In this document: in pieces, positions 53,356 to 62,370 of the stretch
Numbering within the stretch: position 1 is the first letter of the stretch
Layout of the letters: every line of letters starts with the position of its first letter
Assembly (NCBI GenBank): GCA_964344235.1
Contig: CAYFMJ010000002.1
Location: 13,320 to 77,319, forward strand
Direction of reading: 5' to 3'
DNA: 64,000 bases
Source of the DNA: an uncultured Methanosarcinales archaeon
Lineage (GTDB): Archaea > Nanobdellota > Nanobdellia > Woesearchaeales > GW2011-AR9
The notes under the pieces: generated by a model
The model's database searches: none
What the model saw: only the letters and a program-made list of their open reading frames with translations
What the model was told of the DNA's origin: nothing
Translations under genes and position numbers: made by a program

Positions 53356-53562
53356 ATGCCAAAAAATGTTAAAGTGCAGTTTCGTGTAACAAAGAACCAA
53401 CATCAACGATTACATAATAATGCTCAAGCAAAAGGTTTTCAGTCAGCTTCATCATACTTGCGTTCTTTGGCTCTTGGAAATGATCTTTTTACAGAAAAAA
53501 CAATACGGGAAACAAATGATAATGTTAGAAAAATCTTACAAATTCTTCAAGAAAAGCTCTAG
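53356..53562 (+). CDS. ribbon-helix-helix-like small protein
   Basis: 68 aa. VQFRVTKNQHQRLHNNAQAKGFQSASSYLRSLAL fits a beta-strand/helix/helix RHH layout. Confidence 0.45.
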   Translation: MPKNVKVQFRVTKNQHQRLHNNAQAKGFQSASSYLRSLALGNDLFTEKTIRETNDNVRKILQILQEKL

Positions 53563-53739
53563 GGCGAATAAATTCATAGGTGGTGTGCCGGGGGTGCATC
53601 TTACCGTCGAAAAATATATAAATAACTATTGCTTTTATACATAAATAACAGACACTAAGGGGTTAAAGAAATAATCGTCTTAGGTGTTTTGTAATATCGG
53701 GTAAATCTTTATCTGATATGGCATTGTCAAGCTCTCAAA

Positions 53740-54948
53740 GTGGCATTTTTAGAGATTTTAGTGGCTATGGTGCTTGGCGTGCATTCCGGGATCATTACGG
53801 GGTTAGTGCCGGGAATTCATGTTAATCTTATTTCGGTGTTAATGCTATCTTTCTCTTCAGTGCTATTGGGTTTTGTTGAACCAGCAGTCTTAGGGGTGTT
53901 TATTATTAGTTTAGCGATAACCCATTCGTTTTTGGATTCACTTCCTGGAATTTATCTTGGAGCCCCGGATGCGGGAACAGAATTGAATGTTCTTCCGGGG
54001 CATCGCTTATTACAGCAAGGACTTGGTCATAATGCGGTTGTGTATACTGTTCTTGGTTCTTTGGGCAGTTTAGTGGTTTGTGTTCTACTTCTCCCTGTTT
54101 TTATCGCGAGTATGGCAGTTATCTTTCCAGTGGTACGTGGGATGATCGGGTATATTCTCATTGCCATTATGGTGTTTATGATTGTAAAAGATAGGGGGAA
54201 ATGGTTACGGAGCTTGGTAGTCTTTCTGTTTGCAGGCGTTCTGGGATTGGTTGTATTTAATATTCCTCAACTGTCGCAGCCACTCTTTCCCCTATTATCC
54301 GGTTTGTTCGGATTTTCAATTCTCTTAGTAAGCCTGTTTGAATCTTCAGTTATCCCAAAACAAGATTTCTCAAAGCCGTTAGCAATTTCAAAGAAAAATG
54401 TTGGGAAGACTGTGTCGGCAGCTTCAAGCATGGGTTTTATTGCTGCGTTTCTCCCAGGATTTGGGAGTAGCCAAGCGGCGATAATGGCAACTATGGTCGT
54501 GGGGGACGTTGGAGATGAGGGTTTCTTAACATTAGTTGGGGGGATCAATACAGCCAACATGCTTATTTCAATAGGGACGGCGTATGTGTTAGATAAAGCC
54601 AGGAATGGAGCAATTGTTGCAGTAAAAGAGTTGATTGGGAGTGTTCAGTTACAAGAATTATTGTTGTTTGTATTTGTTGCGTTGATTGTTGGAGGGGTTG
54701 CAACAGTTCTTGCAGTAAGGATTTCGAAAATATTTGCTAAAGTTGTTGTTAAAGTAAAATATTCCTCTATTGTGTTTGTGATTATTGGGTTTATTATATT
54801 ACTTACAGCGTATTTTGATGGGCTTGTTGGTTTGTTAGTTTTAATAACGGCAACAGCAGTTGGTTTACTTGCATCTGCATGGACTGTGGGAAAAAACCAT
54901 TTGATGGGCTGTTTAATTCTGCCAGTTATATTATATTTTGTCTTGTGA
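53740..54948 (+). CDS. polytopic membrane protein (TctA/DUF112-like)
   Basis: About 10 hydrophobic segments. GLVPGIH and LPGFGSSQAA motifs are reminiscent of the TctA family. GTG start. Confidence 0.5.
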   Translation: MAFLEILVAMVLGVHSGIITGLVPGIHVNLISVLMLSFSSVLLGFVEPAVLGVFIISLAITHSFLDSLPGIYLGAPDAGTELNVLPGHRLLQQGLGHNAVVYTVLGSLGSLVVCVLLLPVFIASMAVIFPVVRGMIGYILIAIMVFMIVKDRGKWLRSLVVFLFAGVLGLVVFNIPQLSQPLFPLLSGLFGFSILLVSLFESSVIPKQDFSKPLAISKKNVGKTVSAASSMGFIAAFLPGFGSSQAAIMATMVVGDVGDEGFLTLVGGINTANMLISIGTAYVLDKARNGAIVAVKELIGSVQLQELLLFVFVALIVGGVATVLAVRISKIFAKVVVKVKYSSIVFVIIGFIILLTAYFDGLVGLLVLITATAVGLLASAWTVGKNHLMGCLILPVILYFVL

Positions 54949-55095
54949 ATCTTTTGGTAAACCCGGTATATATCCGGTTAGTTCTGTTTTACTATTTTCA
55001 AGTGGAGCTAAATTTTTATAAGGGGTATGACTATAATTCTAGAACAAAGTTCGCATTTCATTTGCTGATGAAAGTTTTGGAATAATAAAAAGGAG

Positions 55096-57150
55096 TTGGT
55101 GACGGTGAGGAAAAATTCATATTTGATTGTTTTTGTGATTTTATTAGTGGCAGTTTTTGCATATTTGGTGGTTGCATTGGCAGTAGATACTGGAACAAGT
55201 AACGTAGCTCTTATTTCACCTGCTACTTATAATAACCTCAGTGGAAATCATCTATTGAATGTGACCGCTCCACATATCTCCGCGGGTGATGGTAATATTA
55301 CTAACGCTACACTTTTCTTCTGGAACTTCTCAAATTCCTCGGACCCTTTTGTTTATAACGTAACGATTTATCCTAATGATGCAAGTGATAACCTTTCGCT
55401 TAATCTTACGCTTAACACATCAACTTTCTTACCCGATGGTGTTTACAATGTTTCGATAAATGCTACGAACGCTTCTGATGATGCAGTTTTGGAGAACAGT
55501 TCAGTTTTTACAGTTGTTGAGTTCTTTGTGGTTGATAATACTCCTCCGCATGTATTATCAGTAACTGATGGGTTTGAAGATCGCAAGAATTTTACCTCTA
55601 CAGCCGGGTTAGATGTTATCCCTTTTAATGTTACGGTAGAAAATGCATCTGCTGTCGATGATGACAATGTTTCAGGGATTCATGTTGTTCAGTTTAATGT
55701 ATCAAATGGAACGGGTATCTGGTTGAACTTTACAGCTAATGCCGAGAATGGTACAAGTTTTAACTATACTATAAATCTCACTACCCTTGGGTTAGTAGAT
55801 GGGAACCATACGATGGTTGTTTATGCTAATGATACTGCAGGGAATACTAACTGGACCCAGAATATAACTTACTTAATTGATAGGGAAGCTCCAGGAAATG
55901 TTTCTTTAGTATCTCCAGATAATGCTGCTACAGTCGAAACAACCCCAACTCTTAGGTGGGAGGTTAATGATTCAGTTGCTACTACTTTACTCTGTGAAAT
56001 TATCATAGACGATAATGTTAATGTCACTGGTTTGGCGGCAGTTAATGGAACAAGAGTGGAGTATAACATTACCAGCGCTTTAGCAGATGGGGCACATAAC
56101 TGGAGTGTGAGTTGTAATGATACGGTGGAGTTAAATAATGTCTCTTTGAGTCGTAACTTTACGGCGGATGGTGCTGCACCTTCTATCTCTGAATCTGGGT
56201 CTTCAGGAATAACGTCAAGTGGTGCTACTATTTCGGTTACTACAAATGAGGCAGCAACATGTAAGTTTGATACGTCCTCTTCAGCTTCCTATGACAACAT
56301 GGCTAATGGAATGGACGGTGCTGAAAGTACAACTCACTCTAAAGGAATTGGGGGTTTGTCTTCAAGCACGAAATACACTTACTATGTTAAGTGTCTTGAT
56401 GCGTACAATAACGCTATGACTACGGGGACTTCAATCAGTTTCACAACTTCTTCTAGTGGAAGTAGTGGTGGTTCTGGTGGAGGAAGTAGTTCTGGTAGTG
56501 CTGGTCAGTTTGAGAAAAAGACCTGGACTTCTGTCTTTGCTGGTGAAACTGCTACTGTTGAGGTTGACAATGGGGCAATTGGAGTTACGGAAGTAAGTTT
56601 CTCCGTGGATGAAGATGCTTACGGACTCTGGGTTAAAATTGATAAAGAGGAGAGTTTCCCAAGCACTGTCCCCGCGTTTAGTGGCGAGGTCTATAGGAAA
56701 CTAGAGATTACTAAGAATTCAGGAACAAAAGTTGATTTACAGGATATCGTTGTTGAGTTTAAAGTGGCTGAAGAATGGTTGAGTAGTAAGGGTTTCGGTA
56801 ATGGTGATGTCGCTTTATTCCGCCATGTTGACGGAGAGTGGGTTGAACTCGAAACAGAACAGACGGGGGAGAAAGATGGTTACGTGCATTACGCTTCGTC
56901 AACTCCAGGATTTAGTTACTTTGTGATTGGGGAAAAGACTGGTGCTAGTGAAGCTGGCTTGGTTGATGGCGGCTTTACTGAAGACTCTCCTGCTGTTGAG
57001 AGTGGTGAATCTGAAAGTGCAGACGTTGAGTCAGATGACGAATCCCTTGCAGCTGATAGCGCTGGGGGGGTTCCTACCTGGCTTTGGGTAGTTCTTGTCG
57101 TTGTGATCCTTGCAGGGGTTGCTTTTTGGTTCACTAGCAAAAAGAAGTAA
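55096..57150 (+). CDS. cell-surface glycoprotein with Ig-like repeats, PGF-pre-PGF-like domain and C-terminal TM anchor
   Basis: N-terminal TM/signal, very many N-x-S/T sequons, a Ser/Gly linker, ...STPGFSYFVIGEK, and a GGVPTWLWVVLVVVILAGVAFWFTSKKK tail. The start could be GTG at 55099 or 55105, after AAAGGAG. Confidence 0.75.
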   Translation: MVTVRKNSYLIVFVILLVAVFAYLVVALAVDTGTSNVALISPATYNNLSGNHLLNVTAPHISAGDGNITNATLFFWNFSNSSDPFVYNVTIYPNDASDNLSLNLTLNTSTFLPDGVYNVSINATNASDDAVLENSSVFTVVEFFVVDNTPPHVLSVTDGFEDRKNFTSTAGLDVIPFNVTVENASAVDDDNVSGIHVVQFNVSNGTGIWLNFTANAENGTSFNYTINLTTLGLVDGNHTMVVYANDTAGNTNWTQNITYLIDREAPGNVSLVSPDNAATVETTPTLRWEVNDSVATTLLCEIIIDDNVNVTGLAAVNGTRVEYNITSALADGAHNWSVSCNDTVELNNVSLSRNFTADGAAPSISESGSSGITSSGATISVTTNEAATCKFDTSSSASYDNMANGMDGAESTTHSKGIGGLSSSTKYTYYVKCLDAYNNAMTTGTSISFTTSSSGSSGGSGGGSSSGSAGQFEKKTWTSVFAGETATVEVDNGAIGVTEVSFSVDEDAYGLWVKIDKEESFPSTVPAFSGEVYRKLEITKNSGTKVDLQDIVVEFKVAEEWLSSKGFGNGDVALFRHVDGEWVELETEQTGEKDGYVHYASSTPGFSYFVIGEKTGASEAGLVDGGFTEDSPAVESGESESADVESDDESLAADSAGGVPTWLWVVLVVVILAGVAFWFTSKKK
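56534..56924. repeat. 391-bp block identical to 60124-60514 (copy 1)
   Basis: Base-for-base identity read across seven sequence lines. Flanked by diverged but homologous sequence. Confidence 0.9.
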
Positions 57151-57233
57151 TCTTCTTTCTTTTTGTTTTTTATGAAATCGGAATATTTATAAATGAAGAA
57201 AATGTTCTACTTTTTGAAAAAGAGGTGGGTTGA

Positions 57234-60200
57234 TTGAAAAAGGTATTAATATTAGTGTTTCTCTTGGCGGTTCTGGCTGCTTTTGCTATGCTTGTTGGTG
57301 CGGCGGAGATTGGAACGTGTCAAACCATTTCAAGTTCAGGTGTGTATACTCTTAATACAAGTATTAATTATACCAGTGGCAATTGTTTTAATGTTACGAC
57401 AAGTCATGTTCTGTTGGAAGGAGGGAACTCAACTGTTATTAGTGGCGGTGGAACCGGTACGGGGATTAATGTAACGGGAGCAACTAACATTACTATTAGA
57501 AATTTTGCTGGCTTGAATAATTGGACTGAGGCAGTTAATTTTACAGATGTTAATGATTCATTTATTTTTAACGTTACTATCGACTCCGATAATGCTAGTG
57601 CAGCAACTGGTTTTTTTCTTGTTGACAGTTTTAATAATCTGATAAACTACAGCACTGTTTGGGCTAGTAATAATTCGGTTGTTCTGTTAAGAGCAAATAG
57701 CACAAATCTTACACATAATTTCTTTAACACAACTCTTTTTGATGGGGTAGTGGTTGGTTTAACTGATACCTCTCTTACTTTAATTTATAATAATACGGTA
57801 GACGCAGCTAATGGCACTAGCTCCAGTGGGATTGGAATTGTAAATGGGGGATTTAACAACGTCACCCTTAACAATGTCACAACAAGAGGAACGCAGAGTT
57901 CGGGAGTTGCTTTGCAGACTTCTACAGACAATGTCGTTGATTCAAATACAGTTATTACTGATGGAGACACTCTGGGAGCAATTTACCTCCTTACGGGTGC
58001 TTCTCGGAATAATATCTCTTCAAATACCATATTAACTGCAAGCGAATCGACGTTTGCTGTTTGGTTGGTTGGTGCTTCAGATTTCAACCGGATTGAAGGT
58101 AACAATATTGATGCTGCAGACGCGGGATTCAAAGTAGATAACGCGTTGCATTCGGTTATTCAGAACAATGTAATGAATACTAGTAAAACGACGGCAGGGG
58201 CAAACGCAGTTGACATTGATGAGTCAAATAGTACAACCCTTTATGGGAACTCTATGTACGTTTCAGACAATGTCACTGACACTTCAAATGGTGTTTTAGT
58301 GAGAGTTAGTTCTGGAGGGAACAATATCTCCTCTAATTTAATCATGCTTTGGGGCACAGAGGGAACTGGTATTATAGTTACTAGTGCTAGCAATAATACG
58401 GTTGAATTGAATAATGTCACAACATTTGGTAATGATTCAAATGTGTTATCAGTTACCTCCTCTGCAAGCAATAATTACTTCTTTTCAAACATCCTCAATA
58501 CTTCGGGGAATGATACGTATGCTATATACATCGCCGCGTCGGATAATAATTTTACTGGTAACACTGTTGAAGCAAGTGGAAATAACAGTTGGGGGATCAC
58601 ATTGGATTCTGGCTCTTCGCCAAGTTTGTTGCTCAACAATGTTGTTGACACAGTAAATGATACCGGTCATGGCATCTACTTTAATTCGAATACTAATAAT
58701 GTTACAAACAACACAGTGAAAACTACCGGTCAAGGATCTCACGGTATGTATCTTTCTCACTATAACACTATTGTGAGTAACACTGTAAAAACTACTGGTG
58801 GGGCCTCACCGTATCCGATAGTTTCTTCTGGAGGAGATGGGAATATTATTGAAAGGAACACAGCCGTTGCTGAACAGACAAGAGGTATCTACTTAACAGG
58901 CGGTGCGAATGATAACAATATTTCATACAATTTTGTAGATACAAACACTAGTGCGGCTTTAACTGCTGAAGCGTCTCACAATAACACATTTATTTCGAAC
59001 CATGCTAACTCTGGTGATGATTATGGTTTGCAGATATCTTCTTCTGCGGGGAATAATACTTTCTTGAATAATAATCTTAGTGGGTCTTATGGGCTTTTTG
59101 ACGGAGTGGATGATAATAACACATTACTTTATAACAACACGTATGGTTATATGAACTGGTCGAAGTCTAATCTTACCGCTCGACTTAACCTTTCAATTGG
59201 AACTACAATTATCTTGCAGCAGAATTTGGTTGGTTTAGAATCCCATACGGAGGACAATGAAAGTATAAATGCAAGTGCAGCTATTGAAATCCGCAATTTA
59301 ACGTATTCCGGTTTACCGATCCTTCTTAGGGATGGCGTTCGATGTGATAATGAAACGAACCGTCTGCAGTGTAATATTACGTATGATTCGTCTACTGGAG
59401 TTTTAGACGCGAATGTAACAAGTTTCAGTAATTACAGTACGCAAGAAGTTTCAGTATTGGTGAGTTTCAATACGCCTCCTGCTGATGAGGCTTTAAGTGA
59501 CCTTAATACCTCTATTGTTATTAATGTGACTGTGGCGAATGAAACTGGTGTGGCTGATATTGATGCTGTGTTGTTCCAATTATCAAATGGCAGCTCTGCT
59601 GATTTTAACATCACTGCTTCGAACACTAATGGTACGGAGTGGAATGCAACATTGACGCTTGCGTCTTTAGAGGACGGATCCCATAATATTACTGTCTTTG
59701 CAAATGATACAAGAGGTAATATTAATCGAACGGAAATTCGGACGATCTCCTATGATTCTGCTGCTCCGACAATAAGTGCTATAAGTGCCTCAGAAGTAAC
59801 CTCCAGCTCTGCCAAGATTTCAGTTACTAGCAGTGAAGCAGCCACCTGCAAACTAGATACTGAAGATGTTGGTTATGGAAATATGGGAACCGAGATGACT
59901 GGTTCAGGTACGGCCACACACACTAAGTCTGTTTCCAGTCTTAGTTCTAGTACCACTTACGTTTATTATGTGAGGTGCCAGGATATCTATAATCACGCTG
60001 CAACTTCCTCTTCCTCAGTTTCATTTACCACTGCCTCATCAGGTGGAGGGGGATCTGGTGGTTCCAGCGGAGGAAGTAGTTCTGGCAGTGCAGGTGAGTT
60101 TGAAAAGAAGACCTGGACTTCTATCTTTGCTGGTGAAACTGCTACTGTTGAGGTTGACAATGGGGCAATTGGAGTTACGGAAGTAAGTTTCTCCGTGGAT

Positions 60201-60740
60201 GAAGATGCTTACGGACTCTGGGTTAAAATTGATAAAGAGGAGAGTTTCCCAAGCACTGTCCCCGCGTTTAGTGGCGAGGTCTATAGGAAACTAGAGATTA
60301 CTAAGAATTCAGGAACAAAAGTTGATTTACAGGATATCGTTGTTGAGTTTAAAGTGGCTGAAGAATGGTTGAGTAGTAAGGGTTTCGGTAATGGTGATGT
60401 CGCTTTATTCCGCCATGTTGACGGAGAGTGGGTTGAACTCGAAACAGAACAGACGGGGGAGAAAGATGGTTACGTGCATTACGCTTCGTCAACTCCAGGA
60501 TTTAGTTACTTTGTCATTGGTGAGAAAACGAGTGCAGCAGTTGCTGATACCCCCGAAACTAGTGATAGTGCTGCGGAGCAACCTGACAAGGATTCTGAGG
60601 AGGTAGAAGGTGTCCAGGAAGGCTTGGCTGATGCTTTGGCTTCAACAAGTGGCGGAGCTCCTAATTGGGTATGGATAGTTGTTGCAGTTATTGTTGTAGC
60701 AGGTATCATAATCTGGTTCTTTAATAACCGGAAGAAGTAA
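57234..60740 (+). CDS. large cell-surface glycoprotein with parallel beta-helix repeats and the same C-terminal module as 55096-57150
   Basis: Signal peptide, about 700 aa of N-rich repeats of about 22 aa (e.g. NNISSN.I / NN.F.GN.V) typical of right-handed beta-helix (NosD/PbH1-like), Ig-like domains, PGF-pre-PGF-like domain, and a TM plus basic tail. GAGGTGG precedes the TTG start. Confidence 0.75.
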   Translation: MKKVLILVFLLAVLAAFAMLVGAAEIGTCQTISSSGVYTLNTSINYTSGNCFNVTTSHVLLEGGNSTVISGGGTGTGINVTGATNITIRNFAGLNNWTEAVNFTDVNDSFIFNVTIDSDNASAATGFFLVDSFNNLINYSTVWASNNSVVLLRANSTNLTHNFFNTTLFDGVVVGLTDTSLTLIYNNTVDAANGTSSSGIGIVNGGFNNVTLNNVTTRGTQSSGVALQTSTDNVVDSNTVITDGDTLGAIYLLTGASRNNISSNTILTASESTFAVWLVGASDFNRIEGNNIDAADAGFKVDNALHSVIQNNVMNTSKTTAGANAVDIDESNSTTLYGNSMYVSDNVTDTSNGVLVRVSSGGNNISSNLIMLWGTEGTGIIVTSASNNTVELNNVTTFGNDSNVLSVTSSASNNYFFSNILNTSGNDTYAIYIAASDNNFTGNTVEASGNNSWGITLDSGSSPSLLLNNVVDTVNDTGHGIYFNSNTNNVTNNTVKTTGQGSHGMYLSHYNTIVSNTVKTTGGASPYPIVSSGGDGNIIERNTAVAEQTRGIYLTGGANDNNISYNFVDTNTSAALTAEASHNNTFISNHANSGDDYGLQISSSAGNNTFLNNNLSGSYGLFDGVDDNNTLLYNNTYGYMNWSKSNLTARLNLSIGTTIILQQNLVGLESHTEDNESINASAAIEIRNLTYSGLPILLRDGVRCDNETNRLQCNITYDSSTGVLDANVTSFSNYSTQEVSVLVSFNTPPADEALSDLNTSIVINVTVANETGVADIDAVLFQLSNGSSADFNITASNTNGTEWNATLTLASLEDGSHNITVFANDTRGNINRTEIRTISYDSAAPTISAISASEVTSSSAKISVTSSEAATCKLDTEDVGYGNMGTEMTGSGTATHTKSVSSLSSSTTYVYYVRCQDIYNHAATSSSSVSFTTASSGGGGSGGSSGGSSSGSAGEFEKKTWTSIFAGETATVEVDNGAIGVTEVSFSVDEDAYGLWVKIDKEESFPSTVPAFSGEVYRKLEITKNSGTKVDLQDIVVEFKVAEEWLSSKGFGNGDVALFRHVDGEWVELETEQTGEKDGYVHYASSTPGFSYFVIGEKTSAAVADTPETSDSAAEQPDKDSEEVEGVQEGLADALASTSGGAPNWVWIVVAVIVVAGIIIWFFNNRKK
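60124..60514. repeat. 391-bp block identical to 56534-56924 (copy 2)
   Basis: See copy 1. Offset is exactly 3,590 nt. Confidence 0.9.
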
Positions 60741-60772
60741 ATTAAACTCAATTTATTATTCTTTTAATTTCT

Positions 60773-62311
60773 TTAAAATTTTTGAATGCTTAGCTGACCA
60801 GTGCGTTTTGTTGGCTTGATCCGTTTTACTTCTTCACCAACTTGTTTCTTGAGGTTTATGGCGACTGCTTTCCCAACGATTTGGGTGAGGCTGGTTATAT
60901 CTGTCTTCTTTATGTCACCGACGTTTTTGATGTTTTGTGTGAATAGTTTTCTAGCTCGTACGCGGCCAATGCCTTTAAACTTTAATAGGGCAAGAAGTTC
61001 TTCCCTAACGCCGTGCTTGACTCGTGTTCGTAGTTTATGGAGTTCTCTGGTTAATTCGTTTTTGTTCATTATTTTGGAAAGTTCTTCACATGCATATAAC
61101 AGCCAGTCAGCGTTTTCTATTTTGTATCGAATCTCTCCTGGCCGGATGTTGAATTTCTCAAGTAGAAAGTCCTCATTTTTCTCGCTGATCCATGCTTCGA
61201 AGAACAGGGTGGTTTTAATAGAATTGATGAAATCAGGATAGTCAATATCAAACGAGGATGGTTCTTCCATGAGGAGGAGATCGTATTGTTTTGTGAGTTC
61301 TTCTTCAATGTATTCTTGTTCCTTTGCTTTCGTTCTGAGAAGAGGACGCATCTCTAGCGTGTAGGAAATCATCTGTAGGAGTGAGAAAGAAGTGTGGTTT
61401 TGGTTGAAATTTTGTAAGCATTGCAGAAGATGGTTTGCGGTAAGCGGATCGAGGTAGAGCTCAGAGATTCTTTTTCCCAACGGTGTGGCACGCATGGTTT
61501 TTTGTGTTTCTTTTGGTTTATGAATTTCTGTTGCGGGCGTAAAGTCATCTTCTGTGCTTTTGCCGTGAATGGTGATGAATTCCCATTCATCTAAGAAAGA
61601 AAGCATCTTTTGCATAATGGATTCGAGTTTGTCCATGTCTTTGAACTGATGTGCCCAAAAGGTTTTGGCAAAAAATTCTTTCATTGATGTTTCATTACGA
61701 ATAATACCTGAAGAAATGAGCGAGAGAAGATATGTTCTTAACACTGGTTCTACAGCGAGTTTTGAGTAAATGTCTTCTGGGTCTCCACAGATGTAGCGTT
61801 CGTGGATTTCATCTCGCTCAGCGTCACTTTTCGCAACGACAATTGATTCGCCAAACGCTTCATACTCCGGCCGGCCAGCTCTCCCTGCCATTTGAAGATA
61901 TTCTAATACCGGAATCCAATCCATACCCCATCTGCCAGAGTAGCGTTTAAGTGATTTGATAATAACACGGAACACTGGTAGTGAGAGGCCAGCTGCCAAT
62001 GTTGGTGTGGCACAGATGATTTTGACATGTCCTGTTTTGAATTGTTCTTCAATGAGCTCTTTTTGTTTTTGTAATAATCCTGCATGGTGAAAAGCGATAC
62101 CTTTACGAATTGAGTGCGAGAGACGACGGCATTGTTTTGTTGGAGTAGAGGCTGCTTTAAGAATTTCTTGCTCAAGTTCTGGGAGCTGCATGGTGGTGAG
62201 TTTTGCAATTTCTTCGGCTGTTTTTTCAGCACTAGCTCTGCTCGGAGTGAAGATGATCGCTTGTTTGCTTTTCTCAATTGTTTGTACAGCAAGCTTGAGA
62301 ATGGGGTCCAT
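60773..62311 (-). CDS. Hel308/Ski2-type helicase, C-terminal part only (RecA2 + winged helix + ratchet + HhH)
   Basis: Motifs IV-VI are present (AIIFTPSR, GIAFHHAGL, ATPTLAAGLSLP, LQMAGRAGRP) with a C-terminal HhH (LKFKGIGRVRARKL). There is no Walker A or DEAH region. Own TATA-like TTTAATAAAA about 20 nt upstream of the ATG. Confidence 0.75.
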   Translation of the reverse strand: MDPILKLAVQTIEKSKQAIIFTPSRASAEKTAEEIAKLTTMQLPELEQEILKAASTPTKQCRRLSHSIRKGIAFHHAGLLQKQKELIEEQFKTGHVKIICATPTLAAGLSLPVFRVIIKSLKRYSGRWGMDWIPVLEYLQMAGRAGRPEYEAFGESIVVAKSDAERDEIHERYICGDPEDIYSKLAVEPVLRTYLLSLISSGIIRNETSMKEFFAKTFWAHQFKDMDKLESIMQKMLSFLDEWEFITIHGKSTEDDFTPATEIHKPKETQKTMRATPLGKRISELYLDPLTANHLLQCLQNFNQNHTSFSLLQMISYTLEMRPLLRTKAKEQEYIEEELTKQYDLLLMEEPSSFDIDYPDFINSIKTTLFFEAWISEKNEDFLLEKFNIRPGEIRYKIENADWLLYACEELSKIMNKNELTRELHKLRTRVKHGVREELLALLKFKGIGRVRARKLFTQNIKNVGDIKKTDITSLTQIVGKAVAINLKKQVGEEVKRIKPTKRTGQLSIQKF

Positions 62312-62370
62312 GGTAGTTCGGAGAATGAAGGTTTTATTAAAGTTTGGATAGAAAATTTTGGTAGTATGGA

